Positions 1 to 10,716 are shown, counted from the stretch's first letter. The stretch is DNA of 64,000 nucleotides from an uncultured Candidatus Binatia bacterium (GCA_965214605.1 OZ243961.1:416001-480000); one strand, 5' to 3'. Numbers and translations are program-made. Notes: generated by a model not told the origin, from the sequence alone.

Positions 1-256
1 CTTTTTGCGGGGCAACGCGATCTCGTACCCGCTGTTTCAGCTCTTTGAGTTCAGGAAAACACCCCTGCTCTTTATGCGACCAGATCAACTCGTCGTTGAC
101 CCGCACCTCAAAAATACCGCTCCCGCCCGGCACAAGCGCCACCTCTCCTAACTCGGTGGCAAAGCTGGTCAGGAGCTCCTGGGCCGTCCAGCTGGCACGC
201 AGCAACCAGCGGCACCGGGGGCAGTATACAATCTCAATACGCGGCTGATGCTGCAC
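1..256 (-). CDS. SelT/SelW/SelH (Rdx) family protein, Cys form, runs off the window edge
   Basis: Not in the ORF track. Manual translation from GTG at 256: MQHQPRIEIVYCPRCRWLLRASWTAQELLTSFATELGEVALVPGGSGIFEVRVNDELIWSHKEQGCFPELKELKQRVRDRVAP. CxxC and GxFEV motifs are typical of Rdx. Confidence 0.9.
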   Translation of the reverse strand, partial: MQHQPRIEIVYCPRCRWLLRASWTAQELLTSFATELGEVALVPGGSGIFEVRVNDELIWSHKEQGCFPELKELKQRVRDRVAPQK

Positions 257-272
257 GGGGGAAGATCCTGGC

Positions 273-1199
273 TTAAAAAATTGCCACTGGCTGACACGGA
301 GAGCCGGTACTACCGACAATGCGCAGCGGCATGGCGGAAAAGAGGAATTCATACCGCCCCTCCTCCCCACAAGCGGTCGCCAGAGTGTCAAGCGCCGCGT
401 TATCAATCAGACACAAGCCTAACAAGGGAATCCCCAAATGGACGCCAAACGCAAAGCCTTCGTAGCCAATCGGGCGTTCATCCATCAGGTCCCACACCAA
501 GGCTGAGACGTCGTGCCGGCGGAGCCACTCAAGACAGGCGATATGCAGTCCCGGTCGCACAGTGACAGTGGCGAATCCCTGCGGAGAGATTATTGGTACC
601 GCGTCCGGCTCAGCTGCCTCATATGTATCACGGCCACTACGGATCACAACCACATCACCGGCTTCGACCCTCAGTCCGGCCTGTTCAGCAGCCGCGTCGA
701 GTTCAGGCGGCGTGACTGGCTGGCCGACCGCGACATAGCCGGCCTGTCTGGAGGATGCCACATCGAGCAACACTCCACGCGACACCACACCGTCAAACCA
801 CACGTCTAGCGCCCCCCAACTGGCCCCGGCGTGACCGACATGCTCGCTGAAGCGACGCCCATTGTAGAGCTGACCCTGGTACTCCACATGACACAGGGCA
901 TCCATATGGGTCATGGTATGACCGTGATAGATCATACCAAAATAATCTACCGCAGCCTGTGCGGCCCCCCGCCGAATCGGATACAGCATATGGTAGTCCA
1001 AGGCAGGCTGGGGAGGGATGTCGCGCGCGAGCGAGATCACCCGGCCCCGACAGGCCAAAGCTACGGCGGCCGCCCGCTTTTCCTGAGTGATTAAATTCAG
1101 CGTGCCACGCTGGTCATCAGTCCCCCAACGGCCCCAATTATTCAAGCGCTCAAAATAGCCTTCGACCTCGGTCTGTGACGGTGGAGTCCAGTCAGCCAT
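273..1199 (-). CDS. Cyclase family (kynurenine formamidase-like) metal hydrolase
   Basis: NWGRWG..DQRGTLN, HGHTMTHMDALCH and SRGVLLD motifs. Likely start MADWTPP at 1199 overlaps the upstream stop. Confidence 0.88.
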   Translation of the reverse strand: MADWTPPSQTEVEGYFERLNNWGRWGTDDQRGTLNLITQEKRAAAVALACRGRVISLARDIPPQPALDYHMLYPIRRGAAQAAVDYFGMIYHGHTMTHMDALCHVEYQGQLYNGRRFSEHVGHAGASWGALDVWFDGVVSRGVLLDVASSRQAGYVAVGQPVTPPELDAAAEQAGLRVEAGDVVVIRSGRDTYEAAEPDAVPIISPQGFATVTVRPGLHIACLEWLRRHDVSALVWDLMDERPIGYEGFAFGVHLGIPLLGLCLIDNAALDTLATACGEEGRYEFLFSAMPLRIVGSTGSPCQPVAIF

Positions 1200-2361
1200 G
1201 AGCATCCTCCTGAGGCTCGTCCGTTGGTCCGGACACACCATACAGCTCGGCCGCGTTGTGCCACGCGATCTGCTCACGGTCGCGGACCGGGATTTGGTCG
1301 AACGTCCGAGCCATACGCTCATGACTATTCGGCCACGTTGAGGTGGCGAGTGGAAAATTTGTCGTCCATAGGACGTTCTGGGCGCCTAGAAATTTATAAG
1401 TGTGAAGCAGACTCTGGCGATCGTACCAGCTGGTGAAATAGCACTGACGTTTGAACATCTCGGTCGGCTTCAGGTCATAGCCCTGTAGAGTCAGACGAAA
1501 CTGCTCAAAATGATAGTCGGCCGCCTCCAGGGCAAACACGCCCCAGCCCAGAGCGCTTTCCGCAAACACGACACGCAAGCGTGAAAAACGCGACAAAATC
1601 CGCGACACCAGGAGGTTGCCAAGAACCGTGGCCGAGCTAAACGGACGGGATAAGGCTTGGAAGGCCCCGGCCAGAGAGGGGGAAAAAGCGGGGTCGGGCG
1701 GAAACTGAATATCTGGAGAGGAGCCGGCGTGGAAGCAGATCGGGACCCCTAGCTCTTGACAGGTCGCCCACACCGGATCGTACTCCACTTCGTTAATGTG
1801 CGGTACCTTGCGCAGATGCATGGGGATGGCTGGATACACCACGCCCCGATGACCGCTGGCTACCGCCCGTTCGATCTCGGCAACCGTTGCTTCAACCGGA
1901 TACAGAGGCACTACGCACTGGGGAATAAAGCGCGGACTCACCCTTGCCCACTCCTCAATCAGCCAGTCATTATAGGCCTGCACACAGGCCAGCTCAAGGG
2001 CTGGATCGGTCAGGCGGCCAAAGGTTTCTCCGGCCAAGCCAGCAATGCCGGGATACAGCACCGCCGCATCCACGCCGTCGGTATCCATAGCTTTTAGCCG
2101 CTCGGCCGGCTGATAGGCAATAGGCGGGACCTCCTCCCATCGTTGTGGCTCTCGGGTTCGATCAGCCAGGGTTGCCCCCACCGCGGCAACCCCAGCCAAG
2201 GCTATCGGTTGGCCATCGACCAGCCAGTGCTGGGTTCCATCAGCGTTGTCTGCTAGATGCGGAATACGCTCACCCCAGCTTTTGGACAAACGCTCGGCCC
2301 ACACCTGCGGATGTTCCACCACGTGCTCATCGCTGCTAATAAATCCGAATCGGCGTTCCAC
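1192..2361 (-). CDS. Amidohydrolase family protein (Amidohydro_2)
   Basis: SSDEHVVE, MDTDGVDAAVLYP, AYNDWL and FAESALGW motifs. Confidence 0.88.
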   Translation of the reverse strand: MERRFGFISSDEHVVEHPQVWAERLSKSWGERIPHLADNADGTQHWLVDGQPIALAGVAAVGATLADRTREPQRWEEVPPIAYQPAERLKAMDTDGVDAAVLYPGIAGLAGETFGRLTDPALELACVQAYNDWLIEEWARVSPRFIPQCVVPLYPVEATVAEIERAVASGHRGVVYPAIPMHLRKVPHINEVEYDPVWATCQELGVPICFHAGSSPDIQFPPDPAFSPSLAGAFQALSRPFSSATVLGNLLVSRILSRFSRLRVVFAESALGWGVFALEAADYHFEQFRLTLQGYDLKPTEMFKRQCYFTSWYDRQSLLHTYKFLGAQNVLWTTNFPLATSTWPNSHERMARTFDQIPVRDREQIAWHNAAELYGVSGPTDEPQEDAHG

Positions 2362-2380
2362 CCGTTCCGCCCTTCCTGTC

Positions 2381-3595
2381 CTAGGCGAGCTTATAGAGCT
2401 TTTGTGCGTTGGCGTACAACAGCTGCCGGCGCTCGTCAGCTGGCACAGCGATCAGGGTTCGCTCGACCGTCTCCCACGAGTTGGGATAGGTTGAGGTGTT
2501 GTGTGGATAGTCCGACTGCCACATAATGTTGTCCAGTCCGATGGTGTGGCGCGTCTCCAACCCAACCTTCTCAAACCAAAAACATACGTATATCTGCCGT
2601 CGAAACTGCTCACTCGGTCGGGTCACTACCCCCTCGGTCCAGAGCCGCCGGCGTTCCCACTCGTGGTCACACGCCTCAAGAGCATAGTTGATCCAGCCTA
2701 AACCTGTCTCTGCACACACCCACTTGAGACGCGGATAGCGCTCCAAGTTACCGGAGAAGATCAGATTGGGCAGAAACTGACACACGGCCGACAGTCCACC
2801 AGGAATAAAACTGACCGTGATCTGGGCTCGGTTATAGGCTTTCCAGTTCGGTGGGCGAAGCACAATCCCGGCATTAGCATGCCAATGAATCGGCACATCG
2901 AGCGCCTGGCACACGTCCCACAGCGGGTTCCAATACGGGTCGTTGACCCGGGGCACCGCTCTGGCCGTTGGGCCGACCCCGGCCAGACCAAACAGGTCAT
3001 CCCGGCCCTGCAGCACAAGGCTCGGCTCGGCCACCATCAGAATACCTTTGTGCCCCTTTTTGACCGCACGTTCGACCTCGGCCACCACGATGCTGATATC
3101 GCTCAGGTAGGGGATAAGGGCCAGCGGGATGTAGCGTGGACTGACCTCGCTCCACTCAGCCAACCCGTCGTTATAGGCCTGAATACAGGCCAGTTCGAAC
3201 TCAGCATCGCCCTGTAGAAAGGTCGCGTTTTGGACTGGAGGATTGGGGAACAAGACCTCGGCATCAACTCCGTCCTCGTCCAACACCTTCAACCGTTCAA
3301 TCGGATCGTAGACCTTAAGCGGCACCTCTTCCCAACGCTGGGGATGATACGTTCGCCTCGGATCATCCATTACCGCCGGGCAGTTACATACCCCGCGCGT
3401 GTCAACGACCTTGCCGTTGATCACCCAACGCTCGACCGCACGGTCAACCGGCTCGGCCATCAGCGCGGGATCGCGCGTTTCAACAATATGCGGAATACGA
3501 TCGCCCCATTTGCTCGTGGACATGCGATCGAGAAAGGTGTTCTTATCCAACTGTCCGTGGGAATCGGCACTGATTAATCCGTGGATGATATCCAT
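2381..3595 (-). CDS. Amidohydrolase family protein (Amidohydro_2)
   Basis: SADSH, DGVDAEVLFPN, AETGLGW and WQSDYPH motifs. Confidence 0.9.
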   Translation of the reverse strand: MDIIHGLISADSHGQLDKNTFLDRMSTSKWGDRIPHIVETRDPALMAEPVDRAVERWVINGKVVDTRGVCNCPAVMDDPRRTYHPQRWEEVPLKVYDPIERLKVLDEDGVDAEVLFPNPPVQNATFLQGDAEFELACIQAYNDGLAEWSEVSPRYIPLALIPYLSDISIVVAEVERAVKKGHKGILMVAEPSLVLQGRDDLFGLAGVGPTARAVPRVNDPYWNPLWDVCQALDVPIHWHANAGIVLRPPNWKAYNRAQITVSFIPGGLSAVCQFLPNLIFSGNLERYPRLKWVCAETGLGWINYALEACDHEWERRRLWTEGVVTRPSEQFRRQIYVCFWFEKVGLETRHTIGLDNIMWQSDYPHNTSTYPNSWETVERTLIAVPADERRQLLYANAQKLYKLA

Positions 3596-3640
3596 GGGGC
3601 GTCTTCCTTCGTAGGGCTTGACCTTGTACAGGCGTAAATT

Positions 3641-4393
3641 TTACTTTTCCATGCCTTGGATCGCGTCCTGAGTGCTCCCGCCATAGCTCTCGGCCGCGTC
3701 TTGATCAAAGGTCAGCACGACCAGAGTTGCCCCGTCCGGCCCGCAGATGAGCGGGCCTGCGTCTTCGCCCGCCCCCACAAAGCGCAGGCCTTTTGGCTCA
3801 AGCGACTTCCCGTCGATCAGGACCGAGCCGGATAGCACCACTTCATAGCGTCCGTAGGCAGGTGCTCCGAGCGCAAACTCCGTATGCGGCGGACACTCAA
3901 TAATCTGGGCCGAGGGCCCGCTGCTGTCCGGAATTAAGACCTTTTGCCGCGCGTGTGGATAGCCGGGCAGCAGCTCCCAGTCCACCTCGTGGGCGCTCCG
4001 GGAGATTTCTCTGCCCCGCGTATTGGCCTGGTAGCGGCGTTTCTTGTCCCGCATCATCACCACCCCGCCAGGTTTGGTGTGTAAGACCATCATATCATGC
4101 TGACTGACCTTAAACGGGCCGTAGGGAACGTTGTGTTCCGTATAATGGACGGCCGGAGCATCTAATCGAAAAGTCGGAAACTCCATTGACCCCTCCAACA
4201 AGAGCTGGAACTGGGCGGCCAAATGAAAGTGGGGCTCAACCTCATAGCCCTCAGAGATTTGGGCCCGGATGGCCTCAGGTCCGCCGTCTTCTCCCTTGAG
4301 GTACATTTGTAGCTGGGTCTCGCCACCGCCATCTAGCGCCAGCGTCTTCCACGGCACCTCACACGGCTCAACAGCAAAGCGATGCGTATCCAT
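3641..4393 (-). CDS. Bicupin / ChrR-like cupin domain protein
   Basis: PHFHLAAQFQLLLEG cupin motif and two repeated beta-rich halves. Start MDTHRF at 4393 follows an AGGAGG SD. Confidence 0.6.
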   Translation of the reverse strand: MDTHRFAVEPCEVPWKTLALDGGGETQLQMYLKGEDGGPEAIRAQISEGYEVEPHFHLAAQFQLLLEGSMEFPTFRLDAPAVHYTEHNVPYGPFKVSQHDMMVLHTKPGGVVMMRDKKRRYQANTRGREISRSAHEVDWELLPGYPHARQKVLIPDSSGPSAQIIECPPHTEFALGAPAYGRYEVVLSGSVLIDGKSLEPKGLRFVGAGEDAGPLICGPDGATLVVLTFDQDAAESYGGSTQDAIQGMEK

Positions 4394-4526
4394 ACGAAAC
4401 TCCTCCTTATAGACATACGCATGGCTTACTGCATCACGCGGCTGATCGTCAAGACGTGCACGTGGCGAAGCATTGAAAGCCGGTCGCGAATCTGAGAAAA
4501 CGGTCTGGAGGGCAGAGGGGGATTCC

Positions 4527-6302
4527 ATGCAGACGCTTCGTGGTTTATGGCAAGTTCTCCGAGGGAGTTACAGCAAACTGGCGCTAGCCATCGCCTGCGG
4601 CCTGCTGTTTGCCGGGACCGGGCTGATTCCACCGCTGCTTATTCGGCGGATTATTCAATGGATTACGGACGGGGGCGGCACTCCCCAAGCCCTGGCGATT
4701 ATCACCCTCCTGCTGTTCCTCGTGTATGTCGGACGTGGCCTGGGCCGCTATGGCTACGGGCGTTTTTCCCACGAGGTGTCGTTCGATGTTCTGCACAGTC
4801 TGATGGTCCGGGTGTATACCCACCTCCAAGGTCTGCCCCACCGCTTTTTCCACAATCAACGGACGGGCTCGTTGATCGCCCGGTCGATCAACGACATTGA
4901 AGCAATCGAAGACTTCATCGCCCACGGCATTCCAGAACTCATCGTTGCCTGTGTCCTACCCACAGCAATGATCAGCGTCCTGTTCTATCTGAACTGGCAG
5001 CTGGCCCTGATTGCTCTCGTGCCGCTACCGCTCGCCAGCTGGCTGGTCTTTCGTTCGATCTCAAAAGTCCGCAAAAAGTGGCGCCCGGTTCGGACACGAC
5101 TCGAAGAACTCACCGCCCAGGTACAGGACAACCTGTCCGGGATAAGCGTGATTAAGTCGTTTGTCCAGGAACGCCGCCAGGCCAACGAAATCGAGACACG
5201 CAGCCGCCGACTGCATGACGACATGCTGCGCGCCAGTGCTCTGTCGTTTGTACCGGTCGGTGTTATTGAGGTCACCAGCGGCGTGGGGGTCGTCCTGGTT
5301 GCCCTGGCTGGCGGTTACATGGCTCTCGGTGGCGCGGTCAGCGCGGCGGATCTTTTTGTGTTTATTATCTACCTCACCCAGATCTACCAACCCTTTCTCC
5401 AGCTGGCCAATACCAATGATACACTCCAAAAAGCCGCCGTCAGCTCAGAGCGTGTTTTCGAGCTGCTTGACATTCAGCCCGATATTGTCAGCCCCCCAAA
5501 CGCGCTGCGACCGGCCCGGATGGACTGGGATATTGCGCTCCAGAACGTGACCTTCGCCTATCAACCGGGCCGCCCTGTGCTGTCTGAGGTCAGTATTCAA
5601 GTCCCCCAAGGCGCAATGGTCGCCCTCGTCGGATCAACCGGGGCGGGCAAAACCACCGCTACCAGCCTCATTCCCCGTTTCTACGACCCACAGCAGGGCA
5701 GCGTCCGGATCGGCGGCTATGACGTCCAGACGCTCGATCTGAACTTCCTACGCCGCAATATTGCGATGGTCCTCCAAGATGTATTTCTGTTCCACGGCAG
5801 TGTGCGTCAGAACCTGTTGTTCGGCCGACCAACCGCCAGTCTGGATGAAATGCGGGCCGCGGCCCGAGCTGCTAACGCCGAAGAGTTCATCCTGCACTTA
5901 ACGGACGGTTACGACACCTTGATCGGCGAACGGGGCGTCAGGCTCTCGGCTGGCCAAAAGCAACGCCTGTCTATTGCTCGGGCGATTTTAAAAGACGCGC
6001 CAATCCTGATTCTCGATGAGGCGACCTCGTCGGTCGACACCGAAACCGAGCACCTGATCCAGCAGGCGATCTCGCGGCTCACCGCCCAACGGACCACGGT
6101 CGCCATTGCCCATCGTCTGAGTACAATTCAGCATGCCGACCTCATCGTTGTTTTGGATAAGGGCAGGATTGTTGAACAGGGCACCCACGACAGCCTGCTA
6201 GCCCACAACGGCCACTATGCGCGCATGGTCCGCGCCCAAGACCTGTCTCGCGAGTGGCAGCTTGGGGCGAGGAGCCCGACCCTCACCGCAGCCGCCGATT
6301 GA
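4527..6302 (+). CDS. ABC transporter fused permease/ATPase (type IV exporter-like)
   Basis: N-terminal TM domain, Walker A GSTGAGKT, LSAGQKQR, ILILDEATS, AHRLST. Confidence 0.93.
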   Translation: MQTLRGLWQVLRGSYSKLALAIACGLLFAGTGLIPPLLIRRIIQWITDGGGTPQALAIITLLLFLVYVGRGLGRYGYGRFSHEVSFDVLHSLMVRVYTHLQGLPHRFFHNQRTGSLIARSINDIEAIEDFIAHGIPELIVACVLPTAMISVLFYLNWQLALIALVPLPLASWLVFRSISKVRKKWRPVRTRLEELTAQVQDNLSGISVIKSFVQERRQANEIETRSRRLHDDMLRASALSFVPVGVIEVTSGVGVVLVALAGGYMALGGAVSAADLFVFIIYLTQIYQPFLQLANTNDTLQKAAVSSERVFELLDIQPDIVSPPNALRPARMDWDIALQNVTFAYQPGRPVLSEVSIQVPQGAMVALVGSTGAGKTTATSLIPRFYDPQQGSVRIGGYDVQTLDLNFLRRNIAMVLQDVFLFHGSVRQNLLFGRPTASLDEMRAAARAANAEEFILHLTDGYDTLIGERGVRLSAGQKQRLSIARAILKDAPILILDEATSSVDTETEHLIQQAISRLTAQRTTVAIAHRLSTIQHADLIVVLDKGRIVEQGTHDSLLAHNGHYARMVRAQDLSREWQLGARSPTLTAAAD

Positions 6303-6969
6303 GAAGATTCAAAACACCGGTACGATCAGATCGCCATCCATAGAAAATAATTTGGCCGCATCGGCTGGAAATGAGGGCTTTCTCCAGAAGACTCCAAAAG
6401 AATCCCCAGGGCAAGAGTTCCACCTTCTACATACCGTGACGCGCCATACTTTATCTGCAGGCGGATTTTCCGATGGGCTGCACAAAGGCTGTCTTATACC
6501 TCGAGTAAGAGAATGTCCTTGCACGCCTTGCAGCAGACATACGAATCCCGAACGCGTAGGCAATAGACTCTAATGTGAGAGAGAGCCACAGGCTGCTCCC
6601 CGCGCGCAATCCACCCCCTGTACGTTCGGCAGCATCCGGCAAATCCTTACTTGCGAAAATTTCCTTGTTTTCTGCAGTGCACACGCCCGCTCGCCACACT
6701 TCTTCAGATGGCGGCATTATGGACATGAGGAGAGTCCAATTATCCGGACGACTTCATCAGAGCACACAGTTGAGAGGGACGCCGGAGGGAGCAGCAATGA
6801 AAGGATAGTAAGGGGAGGCCGCGCGCGTTGCCCCTGAGAGGAGGAGATCCCTCCCCTGCCGTGACAGAGCGAGTTGACCAAATCTCCACCAAGAAGACCT
6901 TCATGCTGATCGCCTCCCCCCGCTGTGTCGCCGGGCGCTGCCAGCCACGCGGGCAGACTGCTCTCCCAA

Positions 6970-7950
6970 TCAGCCCACGAACTCGGGCATGACCTCCTTG
7001 ACAAACAGCTCCTGAGACTCGGCCGAAGCCGGTATGACAATATGGTAGGTGAAGCCCAGCTCCTCAATCCGGGTGTGGAGGTCACGCTTGACCTTGTCCG
7101 GCGTGCCCATCAGCAGCAAGGGCGAGCGGAGCGCCATATCGACATTGGGGAAGCCTAACCGGGCCGCGGTTTTTGCCAGGGCGGGATCCGCGGGGTCACG
7201 GCTCAGGTGGAGGAGCAACAAGGCGCTCAGCTCAAGGTCATGCGGACCACGTCCGGCCGCCTCCAGACAGCCATGCAGCAAGTCGAGACGTCGTTTCAGA
7301 TACGGGGTGTCGAATCTGACGGTCATCACGGGGTCGTTCACAAAATCCTTGCCGTTAAAGATCGGCGGAATGATATTCAGCAGATCGGCTTCGGCCGCAG
7401 CGATTTTGAGCAGACCGCTGCCCGAGCCGCCGAGCATCAGCGGCGGATGGGGTTTCTGGACCGGACGCGGATTGTTGTAGGCACTCCGAATCGAGAAGTA
7501 CTGGCCCTCAAACGTGGGCTCAGCCTGGGTCCACATGGCCTTGAGCACCTGTATAGTCTCGGCCAGCTGGGCCAAGCGTTCGGCGTTGGAAGGATAAGGG
7601 TAGCCGTGTGCCTTGTACTCGTCCTGCTTCCAGCCGGCACCCAAGCCGAGCGTCAGGCGCCCCTGACTGAGCTGGTCGAGGGTCGAGGTGATTTTGGCCA
7701 GCATAGGAGGGGGGCGGAACGAGGCGGCCACAACGGACGGCACCAGGCGGATACGTTCGGTTACCGCCGCCACAGCGGTCAGGGTGGTCAGACACTCCAG
7801 CTGGGGCGTTTGGGGCACACCCAGGGGACTAAAGAAATGATCGTTGATCGAGACTGAAAAAAACCCTTCGCTCTCAGCCCGCAGGGCCGCCTTTTTGGCA
7901 GCGGCAAAGTCTCCAGTGGGTAAAAATGTGCCAAACTTAAGGTCATGCAT
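6970..7950 (-). CDS. LLM class flavin/F420-dependent oxidoreductase
   Basis: SVSINDHF, TLDQLSQGRLTLGLGAGW, PRPVQKPHPPLMLGG. Confidence 0.9.
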   Translation of the reverse strand: MHDLKFGTFLPTGDFAAAKKAALRAESEGFFSVSINDHFFSPLGVPQTPQLECLTTLTAVAAVTERIRLVPSVVAASFRPPPMLAKITSTLDQLSQGRLTLGLGAGWKQDEYKAHGYPYPSNAERLAQLAETIQVLKAMWTQAEPTFEGQYFSIRSAYNNPRPVQKPHPPLMLGGSGSGLLKIAAAEADLLNIIPPIFNGKDFVNDPVMTVRFDTPYLKRRLDLLHGCLEAAGRGPHDLELSALLLLHLSRDPADPALAKTAARLGFPNVDMALRSPLLLMGTPDKVKRDLHTRIEELGFTYHIVIPASAESQELFVKEVMPEFVG

Positions 7951-8018
7951 CAGTTGGTTGCTCCTCTTGTGTTGCTGCGGTCTTCGGTCAGCTCTAGCGG
8001 CCCATAGCCATATCCCGA

Positions 8019-8929
8019 TCAGCCCGAACCCGCAGAGGTGAGGCCCAGCTCCTCAATGCGGGTGTAGAGATCCCGTTTGACTCTGTCAGAGGTACCCATC
8101 AGCGTCAGAGGTGGCTTGAGCGCCGTGTCCGCAGTGGGGGAGCAGAGAAAGGTCGCGGTGTGGGCGAACGCGGGATCGACAGGATCCTGGCTGAGGTGGA
8201 TTACCATCCCCTCGTTCCATCTCCTTTGGATTGCGTCCGCATTCTTCCATGTACAGTATACTGAGACGCTTTTTCAGAGAGGGGAGATCGAATTCCAAGG
8301 CCATAGCAGGGTCGTTTGGATAATCCTTACCAGTAAAGATCGGAGGGTTGATATTGAGAATATCCGCTTCCGCGGCTGCGATTTTGAGCAGACCGCTCCC
8401 CGAGCCACCAAGCATCAGCGGGGGATGGGGTTTTTGGACAGGACGCGGATTGTTGGACGCGTTGTGAATTGAGAAATACCTGCCCTGAAAGCTCGGCTCC
8501 TTTTGTGTGACCATCGCCTTTAACACCTGCAATGGTTTCCATAAGCTGCTCCAAGCGCTCCCAATTCGAGGGATACCGATACCCATGTGCATAGTATTCG
8601 CCGGCTTCCGGCCTGTACCTAGATCAAGCGTCAGGTGGCCGTGGCTGATGTGGTCAAGGGTGGACGTAATTTTAGTCAACATCGGTGGCGCGCGAAACGC
8701 GGCGGCTGTGTCACACACGAAGTGAGACGGATACGCTCGGTCACAGCGGCGAGAGCCGTTAGCGTGGTATAGCACTCGAGTTGGGGCGTTTGAGGGTCTC
8801 CAAGCGGGGTAAAGAAGTGATCGATAATTGACACCGATAAAAGCCCTCGTTTTCCGCCTACAGAGCTGTCTGCCTGGCAACGGCAAAGTCGTCTGCGGGC
8901 AAATAGAGTCCAAACTTAGGGACATGCAT
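8019..8929 (-). pseudogene. Degraded tandem duplicate of the LLM oxidoreductase at 6970-7950
   Basis: Begins MHVPKFGLYLPADDFAVARQTAL* (TAG at 8858-8860) versus MHDLKFGTFLPTGDFAAAKKAALR. Several frameshifts. Shares NNPRPVQKPHPPLMLGGSGSGLLKIAAAEAD and KRDLxTRIEELG with the intact copy. Confidence 0.9.
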
Positions 8930-9086
8930 CAGTTGCGCCTCTCATATTTGAGTCAGCGCTCCGTCTCCTATACCAGATAGGCGTAGACTGCAATACGCAA
9001 ACTCGGCAGCCTTCTTTCTTGACTTTGTACGGGCCAACTGCCATGAGAGGCGTAAGGATCAGCCCACCACATGGGGAGGACACCGT

Positions 9087-9932
9087 ATGAAACTCGGGAT
9101 CGAAATGTTTGCCACCGATTACGCGATCCGTCCGGACGAGTTGGCCATCGCCTGTGAGGAGCGGGGCTATGAGTCGGTCTGGTTCCCTGAACATACCCAT
9201 ATTCCGACCATTCGTAGAACGCCGTTTCCTGGCGGTGGGGAACTGCCACAAGAGTACTCGCACACCCACGATCTGTTTGTGGCACTAATGGCCGCCGCGG
9301 CGGTCACGGCCAACATCAAAGTTGGTAGCGGGATATGTCTGGCCATGGAACGCGATCCCATCACTATGGCCAAAGAAGTCGCTTCGGTCGATCAGCTCTC
9401 CAACGGGCGCCTTATTTTCGGTATTGGCGGTGGCTGGAATGTCGAAGAGATGGCAAACCACGGCATACCGTTCAAGAAACGCTGGAAGGTGCTGCGCGAA
9501 AAAATTGAGGCTATGAAGGAAATTTGGACCAAAGAAGAGGCCGAGTACCACGGCGAGTTCGTTGATTTTGATCCGATTTGGAGCTACCCTAAGCCCGTCC
9601 AAAAGCCGCATCCCCCGATTGTCTTAGGCTCGCATACGTCCAACGGCCTAGACCGAGTTGTGCGCTACTGCGACGGTTGGATTCCCAATGCCCGTCGCTA
9701 TAAAGACATCCCAGGCATTATTGCCGACCTGCGCGACCGTGCCCAAAAGTTAGGTCGCGACCCCGAGAGTATCTCTATTTCACTTCTAGGCGCTCCCAAC
9801 GAGGAGGACACTCTCAAACAGTACCATGATCTGGGCGTGGAGCGGGCCATCTTTTTTGTGCCGCCGGTAGCCAAGGAGAAAATCTTGCCTATCCTCGACG
9901 AGCACGCCAGCCTCATCTCAAAAGTTGCCTAA
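9087..9932 (+). CDS. LLM class F420-dependent oxidoreductase (Rv2161c-like)
   Basis: ESVWFPEHTHIP, AKEVASVDQLSNGR, PKPVQKPHPP; GGAGG SD. Confidence 0.92.
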   Translation: MKLGIEMFATDYAIRPDELAIACEERGYESVWFPEHTHIPTIRRTPFPGGGELPQEYSHTHDLFVALMAAAAVTANIKVGSGICLAMERDPITMAKEVASVDQLSNGRLIFGIGGGWNVEEMANHGIPFKKRWKVLREKIEAMKEIWTKEEAEYHGEFVDFDPIWSYPKPVQKPHPPIVLGSHTSNGLDRVVRYCDGWIPNARRYKDIPGIIADLRDRAQKLGRDPESISISLLGAPNEEDTLKQYHDLGVERAIFFVPPVAKEKILPILDEHASLISKVA

Positions 9933-10716
9933 CCCGGCTCAAGACCGATCTGGAGGCAATTTCGTGTTGTGGTGCTTGGTATGTCTAGCGGGGGGTGGGC
10001 TGGCCACGTTGCTGAGTAGCCTGGCCGCGGCTGAGACGTTTCCCGAGCCACAGCCGCCTCTGGAGGCGAGCTGGCAGATGTCCGTCGAGCAGGTCCAAGC
10101 GCTAGCCCAACTCGACCGCAGCCCTAGGGGCGACCTCCAGCACAGTCATGTCATTCGGGCCAATAGCCAGATTGAGCTAGTAGCCCGCTGGCAAGACCGT
10201 GTAGTCAGCTTTTTGTTTACCAGGGATTTTGGTCTGTACGCCATTAGCATTGAGATGGTTCCGTGGACGGTCCAGCATACGATCACCGAAACCGACCTGG
10301 CCCTGCGCGATCTGACCTACAGCGCCCCGGTGCGGCTTGCGGTGGCCAACAAATATGGTCGGCCGTACGGTATCAGCGCCCTGTGGTCAGCCCAGGAAGT
10401 CGTTCCCCTGGCCGATAGTCGGCACACAACGTCTCCCTATAGCCGGGCCAGCTTGATCGACTGGGAGTATGGACCTCGATGGCTGATTTGGCGCGGCAAA
10501 ACGACACGGCTTGCCCTCGGCGACCAAGCCGTGTGGTATGTCCATCCGGACGGCTTGGCCCATCAACAGCGGCTTGAGTGGCCCGGGAACACCGACAGCC
10601 TCCTCATTGAACAACAGGCTAAAGAGAAAGAAGAAGACGCTGCCCGCCGCCACCAGCTTGAGCAGATACGACAGCGGCTTCCATTCCAGGCGCTTCGGCT
10701 TGAGCAGCTTTTTTAG
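9925..10716 (+). CDS. Hypothetical exported protein
   Basis: 263-aa ORF with hydrophobic signal-like N-terminus ending AAA-E; no recognised motif. Confidence 0.6.
   Translation: MPNPAQDRSGGNFVLWCLVCLAGGGLATLLSSLAAAETFPEPQPPLEASWQMSVEQVQALAQLDRSPRGDLQHSHVIRANSQIELVARWQDRVVSFLFTRDFGLYAISIEMVPWTVQHTITETDLALRDLTYSAPVRLAVANKYGRPYGISALWSAQEVVPLADSRHTTSPYSRASLIDWEYGPRWLIWRGKTTRLALGDQAVWYVHPDGLAHQQRLEWPGNTDSLLIEQQAKEKEEDAARRHQLEQIRQRLPFQALRLEQLF

Noticed and set aside
1-256. Rdx/SelW protein as a second selenoprotein
   Set aside because: The motif is CPRC with TGC codons; there is no in-frame TGA
8086-8925. 279-aa ORF as an intact gene
   Set aside because: It only partly follows the LLM frame and is a mosaic across the pseudogene's frameshifts
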